Notes: generated by a model from the sequence alone, not told the origin. Positions 1-34,551 are shown, counted from the first letter of the stretch. The stretch is DNA of 64,000 bases from Lingula anatina (GCA_051362555.1 CM120649.1:12710001-12774000), one strand, 5' to 3'. Numbers and translations are program-made.

Positions 1-416
1 TCATTATAAAAGGTCTCTACTTTTAGTGTATTCATTTAGTAGCAGCCGACTTCAAAACAGCGAAACAAAACTGCAACAACAACAGCAACATGCCTTAAAA
101 TCCATGCATGTTGTAACAGAATGGTGAATTACAGTTATCTTTATTTTGAATTAAATAATAAATTACAACAGATGATAACATGATCTAAAAAATATTAAAA
201 GCAATTCTTTAAAAACTATTTGGTATATGTCTGTAAAACAAGCGGTGTAATTCAAATATGTCAAATCTCAAATAAAAAATCCATCCATGCAATGATGAAC
301 ATTCAAAACACTAGTAAATTCAAGCAGCTTTTTCAGCAATTTTATCAGTATTTTTGCCTCAAATACAGCAAAATATGGAGAAAAACTCCACCAGGCCTCG
401 GTAACTATGCACATAC

Positions 417-3400
417 CTCTCATCCCATGGAGCAAGCTTGCACTTGCTAATACCAAAAATAGGAAACAAAATTAGTTAAAAACCTGAGGCTTGATTTTTC
501 AAAGACCCTGACCTAAGCAGTGGAAAGTTTATTCACAGGTATCATTTTCTTGTTCATATAAGTCTACTGAGGGAAAATAAATAAAAATTCTCAACCGAAG
601 CACCTGAATTACCACCAAACACCACTTTAGATAAATGTCAAAATTACATTATTTTTGAATTCCATTAAAATTTACCTTCACTGTATTTCTGTCTCATATC
701 ATCAAAGTAGGGGAAGGAGTTCTTCAGGACCCAAACTCTCAGTATGTTGTCCTGCCCACCTGTGGCCTGCAAAGATCAAGGTCAAGGTTAAGTGAAGGTC
801 AAGTATTATTGACTCAACTGACCAAGAAATGTTAACCCAGGAGGGGATACGCAATTCATAATTAAATTTGAAAGAGTAAATCAAAACCTCTCATGATGAT
901 GAATCTGACATAGCAGGGGTTTCACAGAGGAGCAATGTAATTAGACTGAAATAGATTTATGATCCTGGTTAATAATGTAAACAACATGATACGACATCCA
1001 GAGGTCAAAAGCAGAGACTTGTACTTTCCCACAAATACCTTTTCCATTTATAGGTGTTAATTTTCCTATATGTCTCCCCTTTAATAGGTGCACATGTGCA
1101 TTAAAACAATAGCTTACCACAAGTCTTCCACAGTGCGAGAATTTCATAATCCAAACTGCTCCCTGAAATGGAACACATATCTATCATGTGTGACACTCTG
1201 CATGGTGATAGTTGGCAAGTATGGGAAATTTGCTGACAACAACATGGAAATATTCTTGCATTTCTTATTTTGTATCTAAACCGTTCTATTGTCCACCATA
1301 GCTATGCCAGGTCATTTGTGGTCATAGGCCACTAGTAAACTTTAATCACTTATGGACACTGTCCACTTGTTGATATGACAGATTAAGAGTTGATCAGATT
1401 TTTCCCTCAAAACAGGAACTCCAATGCCAGGTCAGAGTTACCAGATGTATACATACCACGTGTTCCCCACTCAGATCCTGACACATCTTTAGTTGAGCAA
1501 AGTCATATGGTCCCTTGTTGCTACCAGATGCCTTCACCTACAACATAAAAATGAACTTAAATAAATAATTATTTAAATAAACAAACAAACAAGATTATGT
1601 GCTATGAACTTTTTTTTTTATCTACTAGCCTTTAAGGCGAGCAGGGTCCAAAAGTGGGCCAGTGTTATACAACATTTGAGCTTTTTTTAACTAGTCTGGT
1701 GTCTCTTTGTGTGGGCCTTGGTCAACGAAGACAGACTCTTGTGAACTTAAAACTACGATGAGTTAAGTTACAGGAGAGTATGGCAATAAAGATAAACAAA
1801 ATGTTTTCAACGGAAACGAAAATGAAACCTATATCAAGCCTAGTCTAATAACTATATCAATAAATTGGTTTTTAAGGGAAATAAACAATAATTAAAACAC
1901 CCTAATTAAATACAGGAAAGTTTAGACAAGAAGTTTTTGAGTTCTGACAGGCAGTGTTTTTCCCTTTTCCTTCACACATGCACAATAAGGACTTTCCATT
2001 TTTTTCCAATTTAATCAATTTTGGCACCCTTATCATGTAAACTTTCCCCCTCCCTCCACCAAAAAACACCCCTTAGCATAGCACGTAAAACTATCCCACA
2101 AACCAACCACTTATTGTGTAATCTTGCCCCCCTACACCCTCAAAAACACATTACCAACACCACTGTTACAAAAGGGAGTGGGGGAGAGGGGGGGGAGCAA
2201 AACCCATCAGATAAAGTACCATTCTCAAGGTTAAGGTTTACACTTAAGAAGTGATTTCATCAAGGATGTGCGCTGTCTTAACCAGGTGCTAAACTGGGAT
2301 TTTTAAGATAAAACAACATATTTGTTTACCTGACTAACTGCACCCTGTAAAGTTCCACAGAAAGAGCAGCATGGTAGTAATAAAATCACAGAATTTAAAT
2401 GCTTATCAAATATAGATAAAGTTGATTTTTTCTTTGAGGATTTTTCTTACATATACATATAAGGGAATATTACAACTTATTCTTCTTTCATTATCAGATT
2501 TGGCAAAAACCACTGTACCTTTACAAACTTCTTGCCATCTAAACTGACTTCTTCGTCACTAGAGCTGTCATCGTGGTTTCCTCCTGGGGGTGAAAAGATG
2601 AAAAAGACTGTCACAATATTATAAATTCATGTCACAAAGCAATTATTTATTTAAATCCCTTGATGAGCAGACCCATTAAAGGAAATCTGGAAAATTCAAG
2701 CACTGATAGTGTGCAGCTCTCTATTGGGGGTCCAGAGGAAGAATAAACACAACTGTAACACTAATCCTGATTTTTGAACAAATCCGAAAGACTTTCAATA
2801 TACTCAGAAGGCCAATCAACCACTTAATAAGAGATTAAATGTTATATTTCTTAGCAGTATACTGAAGAAAAAGTAAGAGAAAGTGTTTCAGAGAGCACAG
2901 ACAAAATGCTGCAATCACATTTTCCTGCATGCTCAGAAAAAAGGGAGAAAAAACTTTTATACTACCTACCTGCTACAGATTTGATCTTGCTGACTGTTTT
3001 GCCAAACAATTTCTTGAGTCTAGTGCCCCTAAAAAAGGTAATTGTCCAATAAATATATCAAAATCAATAAATCAAATACATTACCTTAACTAATAATAAA
3101 AATAATAATAAATATAATTATCATTATTATTATTCATTTTTCACAATTTTCAGTGACTTTTTATGAAAAAATACTTATTTGAGACTTTTTACAATTTGAA
3201 AAAATAACTGAAATGTGTGAAAACTAGTAACGGTATAAAATGCAAAAACTACTACTTAAAGTATGCATCCTTTTAGTATAACATAAAAGATACACACGTT
3301 TTCTTGACTCCCGCGCTGGCTTGTTGGGCCACTGCCTGTACAGACTTGGGTCCTGCGTCCACCTCGTCTGTTGGGTGACGCTCTTTACCTTCTAGACTAC

Positions 3401-6400
3401 TGTCACTGTGAAAAGAAGTGGAGAGAAATAACATTTTTGCCTGTGTGACAGAGATATCTTCTTCAATACTTTGCAATACTAGTGTTGCTCTTTAACATGT
3501 AGAGAAATGTCACAGTGAAAAAGAAGTGGAGAGAGAGAGAGGGAAAGAGAGAGAGAATGAAGGGAGGTGATGAACTACTAGTAAGAATTCAGTCAACTTA
3601 AACTGAATGATAAGATCCCTACCTTGCATATTCCTTAGTTCTTCTCATGATGTGCAAGGCTAGGGGGTTGGTGCCCTGTGGAAGTTGTTCCTCAGCCAAA
3701 CTCAGAGGGAGGCTCTCTCCCGTATCCAAGTTACGGATGATGATAGAGTCCAAGATTTCCTGATAGAAAGACAATTTTTGCTTGCATCAATTACTAAATA
3801 TCAGTTCATGTACATGAGAGTGAAGTCATTCACATTTACTACATGGATGAGTCTTTAATATGAGAGAAAATAGAAAAAGATAAAGTTATCTTTGTCATTC
3901 AAAGCTATAAGCGTATTCCTTAAAGTTAGTCATGACCCAAGGTGATTTGATGAAGGCTCCAAAAGTCATGCTTTGTAGATAAAAACATGTTAACTCTCTC
4001 TGGAGACAATTAACATCTCTTCAACAAATAGTGATATATATACACACAGTACACCCATGGCAAATTCCCACCTTGTCAGACAACAGTCTTCCAGAATTTG
4101 ACCTTGGCCTCGGCCCTGGCGCAATCTCAATGTCATAGGATCCTTGCTTGTCTTTGCCTTCATCATCCTTGCCCTCAACATCTGGTTGTGGTACAGAGGA
4201 GGAGGAGCCTGAAGAAGGGGTGGGTGGAGCCTGGGAGGAGTCTGGAATGATGTTACTAGAGGGGGGTGGAGTCTCTTCTGCAGTGGGCGGAGTCATCAGT
4301 GCCTCCCCCTCCCCTTTGGTAGCGTGAGCATCCAGAGCCTGCAGAAGAAGGGTTTGTTGGTTGAGGAGAAATGGCGAGAATACTTATCAAGCAGGAGAAC
4401 AGTCAAGCTCATGATTAAACACCATAATAGACTGAGGGACTTACAACCTACAAAGCAGTTTCCTAAATAGACCTATGAGGCAACTTTAAAAAGAATATCA
4501 AGCAATATCTTAAAAAACTCACAGTATAAATTGGAGTCCAAAGTACTTTTCAGGTTCACATTCATATATAATTTCCAGCAAATGGAAAACCTAGTATGCT
4601 AAAAAATACAAGCCAGCAACTGGGCATCTACAAAAATACAAACTCCTTCATTTCAATCGTTAGTAATGCACTTCTTCTACTCTAACTGCAGCATCTGCTA
4701 CTAATTCATCTAACTGTCCAACCATCCTATTACAAACACTGTTACTACTAAATACAGATGTTACTTGTACTTTTGCTACTCCTATTACTACTCCCACGTC
4801 TGTTACTACAATAATTACTACTCCTATTATTACTACCCCTACCTGTACTATTACTATAACTATGGCTACTGTTGCAGCTGCTACTACCACTACAGTACTA
4901 CCACTTATATCTCTACTACTACAACTACCACCACTGTTTCAACTACTACCACTTCTATATCAACTCCTACTCCAACAATGACAGTGCCAACAATGACAAT
5001 GACAACAAGGACTAATCTAAACGTACCATAGTGGTGACATGTCTATCTCCCTGCACTGCACTGTTCAAATCCAAACAATGGTCCAGTGCTTTAGTGAGGT
5101 TCTCCACTGAACATGTAGGGGTTATCGTAGGCGTGGCTTGAGGGGTGCTCTTCGGGAGCCCGGATGGCTGTTCTGGTGGAGTTGGTGTTAAAGTCTGAAA
5201 GAGTGAAAACTTTGAAATGAATAGAATGATAACTCTAGAAGGGTCAGTGGCGTGCACTGATAAAGCTAAATCAAATATAAAATCAATAAAATTAAAATTT
5301 TATTAACTTTTCAGTGACCTTAGTCCTTTTGGTGAACTAGTCCTTAGGAGTAATAAAACATTCAATCATGTTACAATTATACCAAACTTCAAGGACATTA
5401 AGTCACACCTCCAAACTTACAACCTCTTCCGCCATGCTCTTAATTTTTTTCCTTCTCCTAGGTGGAGCCACTGGTGCTGGCATTTCAACTGCAGAACGAT
5501 GCTTGGTGCTCCTCACAATATCCGGCTCATTTTCAGAGTCTGAATCCATGCGGACTCTGTCCCCTCCTCCACCTCCGTAGCTACCCTGCTTCGGCCATGT
5601 GCCTCTTTTGGCACCATCAGCTGTGCTTGCTCCTGTATGTCTGATGTGAGGTATGGTTTTATTCTTAGCGGAGTTTTTCTCCACTGTTTGAGTCTGACTG
5701 TCAAGATTTACATCATCACCTTGGGCAGACATCGAGTTCAGGTCTGGGGAAAAATTCGAAAAGCCTGAACCACCAGCGTCACCATGACCTTGACCTGACT
5801 CATGACTTTGACCTGACCCATCACCATGACCTGTCAAATCCAAATTGTTTGTAAGTTCATGTATCACAGATTCAACTTTTTCCTGTACATCACTTAACCC
5901 TTTATGTATGTCCATCACAATCTCTTTTCTCTTTTCAGCTGTGTCATCTATTCCACCTCCCATTTGTTCAGTTTGGATAGCCACTGCAGCTTCCTCCAAG
6001 GTTGCAGCCTCTGTTTCAGATGACCTATGAGTATCCTTGACCTCACCTTCACCTTCTTCCTCTTTGGATGGAGTAGAAAATGGTGTGCTTTCTTGGTGCA
6101 TAAGTTTTCTCATCTTTTCTAGTTTCTTCTTTTTGTTTTCTAATTCCAATCTCTTCTCTGCTTCCTGAAATTCAACAAAATTTGTTTAAGGTGGAAATCA
6201 TTCACTCCAAATGTGTATGTTAGAGAAATGAATGTTATCAAAGGATGTGGCAAAGTTCCACTGTGGCTTGCTAGTTGTCATGTAATATGGTATTTGACTA
6301 AAACAGTTTACTTTTCTGGACATTCTTTGCTCACCAAACGCAGTTGTTCCTCCTTTCTTTTCTCAATATCAGCCAGTCGTTTTTGCAACTCTTCATCTTC

Positions 6401-6992
6401 TTGTCTTCGTCTGGAAAAAATATCAAATATGTCTTTGTCTATCATTTTAGGATACACGCTTGTGTTAGAAATAGATTAATTTGATGACAAAAGTTAGCAA
6501 CTTTGGGCATGAATTTCAGAGGCTACTTCAAACACTGCATAACTTGTGCCACCAGATTTTCTTGTTAAAAAATCTGTCACTGTCATAATTAGTAAATTTC
6601 TTAAAACAAAACTTAACAGAGATTTTTTTTTTGTTTTACATACTTTTCCTCTGCCAATCTCTTCAATTCTAGAAGCTGTCTCTCCTCTTCCTCTAGGTCG
6701 TCATCTTTGTTATAGGCTCCACTAATAATAATAATAAAAAAAATAGTGCAATGAAAAAACTATGTATATTCAAATGCTGGGCCTATTAATAGCACACCTC
6801 CTCTTCTACAACTGCAGTCCCGGCTTATAACTTTTCGTGGCCTATTTTTACTATACCTGAAGTTAGTTTCAAACATCTTGGAAATAAACACAGTATACGA
6901 CCCACATGTTCAAGAGCCACTTACCTCACAAACTTGACAGGAGTGTCCTCTTCTGCATCGTAAAACTCGTCCAACTCACTGTCTGATGACAT
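417..6992 (-). CDS. WDR44: WD repeat-containing protein 44 (rabphilin-11 / Rab11 effector), 5' part; gene continues beyond the left edge
   Basis: GT-AG exons with consistent phases: 6992-6925 (MSSDSELDEFYDAEEDTP), 6721-6644, 6410-6335, 6164-5421, 5194-5027, 4338-4072 (RPRSNSGRLLSDK), 3759-3623 (EILDSIIIRNLDTGESLPLSLAEEQLPQGTNPLALHIMRRTKEY), 3405-3298, 3028-2970, 2583-2519, 1537-1457 (KGPYDFAQLKMCQDLSGEH), 1162-1118 (GAVWIMKFSHCGRL), 766-676 (ATGGQDNILRVWVLKN) and possibly 446-417. These match hallmark WDR44 motifs: the FFAT-like EFYDA N-terminus, the Rab11-binding region and the first WD40 repeat. Confidence 0.95.
4660..5010. repeat. Degenerate (ACT/ACA)n trinucleotide low-complexity tract in a WDR44 intron
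   Basis: Runs of tactactac/actacc/acaatg between WDR44 exons 5194-5027 and 4338-4072; produces spurious Tyr/Thr- and Val/Ile-rich ORFs. Confidence 0.8.
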
Positions 6993-7279
6993 GATGCTAT
7001 TTTGCACTAAAATTGACCCTCGGTTCGCGGTTAAATAGAAGAAAACTGCATGACAGAAATTAATACACCGCCCTCTACCTCCATCTTGGTTTCAGACAAC
7101 GTAACAGGGAGATAAAAACAAAAACAAATATGTGAAATTATTTGAGAACTTTAACTCATAAAACATTTATTGCTATCCTAAATGATGGAATGATGAAATA
7201 AAGTTAGGAAAAAAGTTGCATAAATAAAAATATTTCACCTTTGTTGTTTATAATTTTCCCAGCATGCAATGCATGCAAG
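6993..7279. promoter_or_regulatory. Compact bidirectional promoter region shared by WDR44 and FMR1
   Basis: Only 287 bp between the two divergent start codons. ZNF143/STAF-like TTTCCCAGCATGCAATGCA at 7255-7273. Identical outward-facing CAAGATGGAGG at 7088-7078 (-) and 7276-7286 (+). Confidence 0.75.
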
Positions 7280-28899
<21,620 letters not shown>

Positions 28900-31800
28900 T
28901 CATTTTGATGATGTGAGAAGCTTGATCTTCTGTTCTCCATTTATTGAGTATGCATCGGTGTTGTGCTCCTTTCGGAATGTGGACTTGTTTGAGGTGGGTG
29001 TGGATTATCGGTGACCCCAACACCTCTGTGACAACATTGATACGAAGAGAATACTTCCCAGTTGAAAACAACAACAGTAGAAATTTCTTAGACAAAAATA
29101 AAATTAAAAAAAAAAAAGAAAGAGTGACAAAGACAATTAAACAGTGTCAAAACTGAGATTAGCAGTAGCTATACCACAAAATAAAAGAACAAAAGGACAA
29201 TTAAAGGACTGGAGTTTAACCAACATGGAAGTTGTCTGACTTTGCCACCAAAGTTATTTTGTTATCATTTAGTCTTGTTTTCAGACTGAAAGAGAACAAG
29301 GGTAATAACCAACTTAAATGAGAATACTGTTGTAGATATGATGAGACTGAAAAGTAATTAAGGTTGTTGATTTTTTTATGTGCAGTATGTATAGGTAATA
29401 TTCTGTAGTTGTTGATACCTCAGGTTCTGAAATTCTCTATAATAATGGACTTTTGGGTGAACTTTACACCTTAAAAATGATAAGAAAAAAAAAAAGACGA
29501 AATTTTATAGTTTTGCATATGAAGGACTGAATGAAGTAGCAGCAGTTTTAATACATCACAGTTCTTGTTATTTCATCAGAAAAGATTGGTGTTTGAGAGA
29601 ATTCAGATGTGAAAAATGCAGACAGTGGACGAAAGTCCAGGGTAAAAAGAGAAGAAGAGTTTGATAATGAAATGGCTTCATTGTTAAAGTATTGTTAAAA
29701 GCTAGTTGTTGAGTTTTTTTCATAAATGGAAATAACTGCTAAGGCACATGGTGTGACCTGTTAAACTTCTTTTAAAAAGAAACTGGATTACGAAGCTGTT
29801 GCTTGCTTCGTGAACTTGACAGAAGTCACTTTGTTGTACCCCACCCCCCTGCAGTTTGAAATTTTTTCATTTAGGTATTTATTTTTATTTATTTATAGAT
29901 TTATCAATTTATTTTAGGTCTCACCCGAAAGTTACTGAAGTGTAGGTTTAAAGTTTACTATATGTAATTTACAATCATGTAATTTATTATATTAGACAGT
30001 CTTGTTTTTTTTTTTTGTTTTTTTTTTTTTAACAGAACTGAGCCTGGACCTTGAGTGTGTTTTCTTTTTGAGATACTTTGTGTATCTTACATACCAATTA
30101 TGTCATATTTGTTTCGGGCATTTATCATAGTTTTCCAACCACTGTTTACGTAAGGAGACAATTTTTCTTGTTAACATATCTTTTGCAATTTTGTATGTAC
30201 ATTTATCAAGTAATTAAAGTCATGTTAGTCTTTTTTTGCATAATTCATGATGTTTGTGGGTGTTGGCTTTGTGTAGTTGAAACAAAACAAAACTGTAGAT
30301 CCATGCGAAGAATGAGTAAAATTATTCCCTGTTGAAGTTTCTGGTTTATATCATATTGCTGGTTGCTTGCGAAAAAACAACTGTTATATTGATTTACCTA
30401 AATTTGTCTCTCCAAAAAAGATTTTTAAAAAAATCTGACTGGTGAAAAGGAAAAAAAGAGGACTTGCCCATGAGTGAATGTTATGGCTTTAGAAAATTTA
30501 TTTTTCATCAAGTTGATAAAATTCAGCTTGGAGGCGTATTTAACTTCTACAATTCAGTTTAATTTAAGTGGGAGTAGTCAGGGTGAGGGACATGGGTACA
30601 ATGAGGTGATTATTTGTAGTTTAAGATAAATATGCATAATCTTGGCAATTTTATTGATATTCACCACTGAATATGACAAGGGCATTTCTGTCTTTTTCCT
30701 AGATTTGGGGCTCATACTAAGTGCCAAGTGTGGGTAATGCTAGGCTCACCATTGAGGTCCAATTTTGGATAAATATGAATTATAACATCTTTACTTCAGT
30801 ATCTCTTTTATTATCCATAGTGAAGGGCCAGTCTTTCAGTCATATGGGCTGTAGTTAAGATAAATAATTTGGGTCCTTGATAAGACTGGTGCATGGCCAT
30901 GGCTTGATTTTTGACCTGGGCATTTCTTTGTCCAGAGGACAGGGCCTATTCTCAGTAATAAAGGTCATGTGAAGGCCATATGTCTTGTGGTAGTCTTGGA
31001 TATTCATTGTTGGGCCCTTTCTCATTTATAGGGGCCATAGGATAGAAAAGACTAGGCTTAGATTGAGGCCCTGCTGCGAATAGCCATTATTTTCACTATC
31101 CATAGTGTAGGGCCAGTTCTCAATAAAAAGGGCCACAATGTAGGTTTTGTTAGCTCTGATGACATGGGCATGTCTTTGATTGTTCGTAGAGTATGGCTTA
31201 TGCATATAAATAAGGGCCATATCACAGGTTAGGGTAGCATCCTACAGAAATAATTTTTATAAGTCCTACCATTGATGACCTGAAGGGAAAGGGGGGATAT
31301 TTGCTTAACCATCCATAATATAAGGCGAATTTTCAACAAATTTGGCCATATACATGTAGTAGGGTGTTTGAACATAAGTAGTGTAGTTTTATCTTGGAAT
31401 CTGTTTCGGATCCCAATGTGACTTGTCATAACATGAGACAGTGATACTCCATAGGGTAGAGCCTTTTCACAATAACAAGAGACGTAGTAGCATAGGTCAA
31501 GATATTATAACATGGTCTCGTGTTGTTGCAATATGGACATAGCTACATCATTAAGTACTGAAGCAGTTGCTTAATGAGAGTGGAAACTTAAAATTTAGAC
31601 ACATGCTGAGCGCTTGATAGAAGTCCGCAGCATGTATTTATAATAGTGTATTATTAAATTTTGAGTTTGAGTGCCTGTGTTTTGTTTAATTTGTAGTATT
31701 GTTCTCCGTGTTTGCTGTGATAAAATGATCAGATTTATTATTATTACATTCAGTACTGTACTTATTATTTTTTTCCTAGAATTAAGGTTTGAATACAACT

Positions 31801-31900
31801 TTGCTATTGCTCAGAGTTTTTTGGTTTTTCATCAACTTTGCCTCATACTAGAATATGATCGATTAAAACTAAATATAACATTAAAAAATCGCTGAATAAA
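28900..31900 (+). other. Probable long (~3 kb) U-rich 3' UTR of FMR1
   Basis: No exon-like sequence after the stop; T-rich on the plus strand; AATAAA at 31895-31900 just before composition flips to the convergent TCTEX1D2 3' UTR (minus-strand AATAAA near 32058-32063). Earlier AATAAA sites also exist. Confidence 0.45.
30830..31490. repeat. Decayed tandem repeat (~6-7 units, ~75-145 bp spacing)
   Basis: Recurring TATCCATAGTGxAGGGCCAGTT/CTCAxTAAAxAGGGCCA-like motif near 30832, 30940, 31011, 31097, 31190, 31304 and 31449. Confidence 0.5.
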
Positions 31901-32422
31901 AATTATCTAAACAAAGGCAACTTTCCAAACTCCCACCCTTAAATTCAAAACAAAGCATTTAAATACATTGCATCAACAACCAGAAATACTCTGAATAATA
32001 AGTATTTAATTTTAAAAAAAAATTACATATTTGTACAAATTATTCTAGATGAACCTTTTTTATTTTGCAAACATATAACTTGTTTTTTTTTTCTGCCCTT
32101 GTGGAATTCTCTTTTCTGTTCATAAAAATAAATGTTAATAAGAAAAAAAGTTGACTTTACATAACTTGGCAACATAAATATCTGTAATTTAGTGCATAAA
32201 GAAGTAAACATGTCTTTCAAAAAATATGACCAGTTTCATGCCCAGCAACTCTAAATGGAATCCTTTGAACAGATGTAAAATGAAACGGCTATTGCGTTAT
32301 AAAATTCCTAATTTCTTGGATAAGTACATGCATCTTATTCGTGGACGGCATCCATGAGTGTTAACATAGTTACAAAGTGGGAAATACACATTGTCTTTCA
32401 CAATGATGGAAACTGTGGGCCT

Positions 32423-33054
32423 TCAATAATAAAATACTCCAAACACTGCTGCTACACAGAACAAGGAATCCTGAAATCAAATAAATGAAATAAATGTTTA
32501 ATGGTTAAGGGTATTGGCTTATATAATAGTTATTCCTTTGAATTTTACTGGAAATGCAAAACAATTTTACCAATGTGCTGACATTGTCCAATCAAAAATG
32601 CCTTTTTAAGTGGCAGCAAAGACTTATAGTGCACCACCTTTTAAGGGGTAGGCCAAAAGATTAAATTAGAGATCATAATTAGTAAGTAATAACATCAACC
32701 ATAAAAAGCTGAAACCATTTTGTACAGAAACTTATTAATTGGCTTTTATGGAGAGCACTTAGTCATGCAGAGACTTACATTCATAAATATGTCCTGTGCG
32801 TAATTATCAGTGTCCGAGTCCCATAGACACCTACAACCCATTCTGGAAGAGACCAGACAGATGATTAATTTCATTAAAAATTCAGTGAACAGCATTTTGG
32901 TGTTGTTAAGCAAACTCTCCCCCCCCCCCCCCCCCACACACACACACGCACTCATACTCACTCACAAACACACGCACACGCACTCATACTCACTCACAAA
33001 CACACACACACGCACTCATACTCACAAACACATACACACACACTCACTCACACA

Positions 33055-33099
<45 letters not shown>

Positions 33100-34551
33100 G
33101 GACAACTGTTTTAAAGAAATAGGATGATATTAATAGTGGGCAAAAGTAAAGAAACTTAATTTACATTCAAAATCTGATTTGATCCCGCATTTTTGATACC
33201 AGTTACTCCACCTTAATGTCATCAGGTGCTTTGCCATACAAAAATTGCATTGATATCTTTATACATACTTGACTCCCTCTCCTCTCTGTTCACCTATCAC
33301 CACCTGTACAATAAACTTGTATCTGTCATAGCCCATGTCTGAAATAGATATTGCAAAAATTATTTAAGATTCCAATTCCACAGGTGGGCCTGGAGGATGG
33401 GGGTGGGGGTGGGGGTGGAGGATGGGGGTGGGGGTGGGGGTGGAGGGTGGGGGTGGGGGTGGGGGTGGGGTTAACTAGTATTTGTCATGAAAAGAGAACT
33501 GTTGTAACAAGTTTGAAATGTTCCCCTCCTTCAGAACCTGGAAAATCTACAGTTTTGTTTTTTGGTCAAAAAATTGTAGTGTGCAATATTGATTTGATAG
33601 GGTATAAATAAATGTTCAAGCAACTATTACATTGTTTGAGGACTTAAATGCACTGGTGTTAGGAGTACCAATTATTTAACTATATAACCAACTATATCAT
33701 AAACAAAATAATTCTATTTAAAACTTTTTTCCGACTGAGGAAAACAAACCAAGTTTGTGTAAAAAGGATTTGGTATCTATGGATCCTGATCAATACCAGA
33801 TACTTGATAAACTGATGTAAGGAGATGGATGCAAATGTCTTAAATTGAGAAATGAACATTTCTAAAATTTTTACCTTTGATTTTATTCCTTATGTCATCT
33901 GATATTAATTTGGTGAGACTTGTTACTTCTTCAGCATCGTAACTTTTGCCTGCCAGCTGTTCATTGAGAACACCATGGATGCATTCTTTGACTATCACAG
34001 GTCGAAATCTAGAAAAAATATAGTGATTCATCAAAAAAGATGTACAGTATGAGTTATTTCTGGAAAAAATTAATTTTTATATATATTTAAATTGATCCCA
34101 TGATTTTTGTCTTGTTTTGTGAATTTATAAAATTTCTCAAGGTGAATCTGCTCAAGGAACATGATAAAAAATAAAACTAGATGGCAACATATGTAATATT
34201 TGTACCCACTCACTGAAATAACGTTAACGCCACGAATAGTTTAACACAAAGTATACTCCGATTCAGAGATGTTCTGAAAGTTTATGGAAGCTACGAGTCA
34301 CAACATTTATGAAAAATGTCTGTATATCTAATAAGGTCGATTTCATCTCGCTTTAAAATACTCTTCTTTCATCTTTCAGACATTGAAACCGTGGAGTACC
34401 CCCAACACCATCGAGTTGATGTATGTTGTGCTGTTTACAAGTTACATCTCGTCCACCCACAATGTACTTACTTGTGCTGAAAATTCGGCCTTATAATGTA
34501 CGTATTATTAGACTCTGTTTCTGGAGCTGGTGGTTGAGCTACTTGAGCCAT
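32423..34551 (-). CDS. DYNLT2B: Dynein light chain Tctex-type 2B (TCTEX1D2), IFT dynein-2 light chain, 131 aa
   Basis: Exons 34551-34472 (MAQVAQPPAPETESNNTYIIRPNFQHK), 34008-33875 (FRPVIVKECIHGVLNEQLAGKSYD...), 33338-33269 (MGYDRYKFIVQVVIGEQRGEGVK), 32842-32779 (MGCRCLWDSDTDNYAQDIFMN), 32470-32423 (DSLFCVAAVFGVFYY*). 396 nt in total, all GT-AG. Confidence 0.96.
32935..33094. repeat. Compound (CA)n microsatellite
   Basis: Read directly from the sequence. Confidence 0.9.
33399..33470 (+). repeat. (GGGGGT)n G-rich hexanucleotide tract with G-quadruplex potential
   Basis: About ten G4-G5 runs mostly separated by single T, in TCTEX1D2 intron 2 about 60 nt from the exon-3 acceptor. Confidence 0.85.

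Noticed and set aside
4660-5031. Tyr/Thr-rich and Val/Ile-rich ORFs resembling mucin or membrane proteins
   Set aside because: Intronic degenerate trinucleotide repeat with no credible start or splice context.
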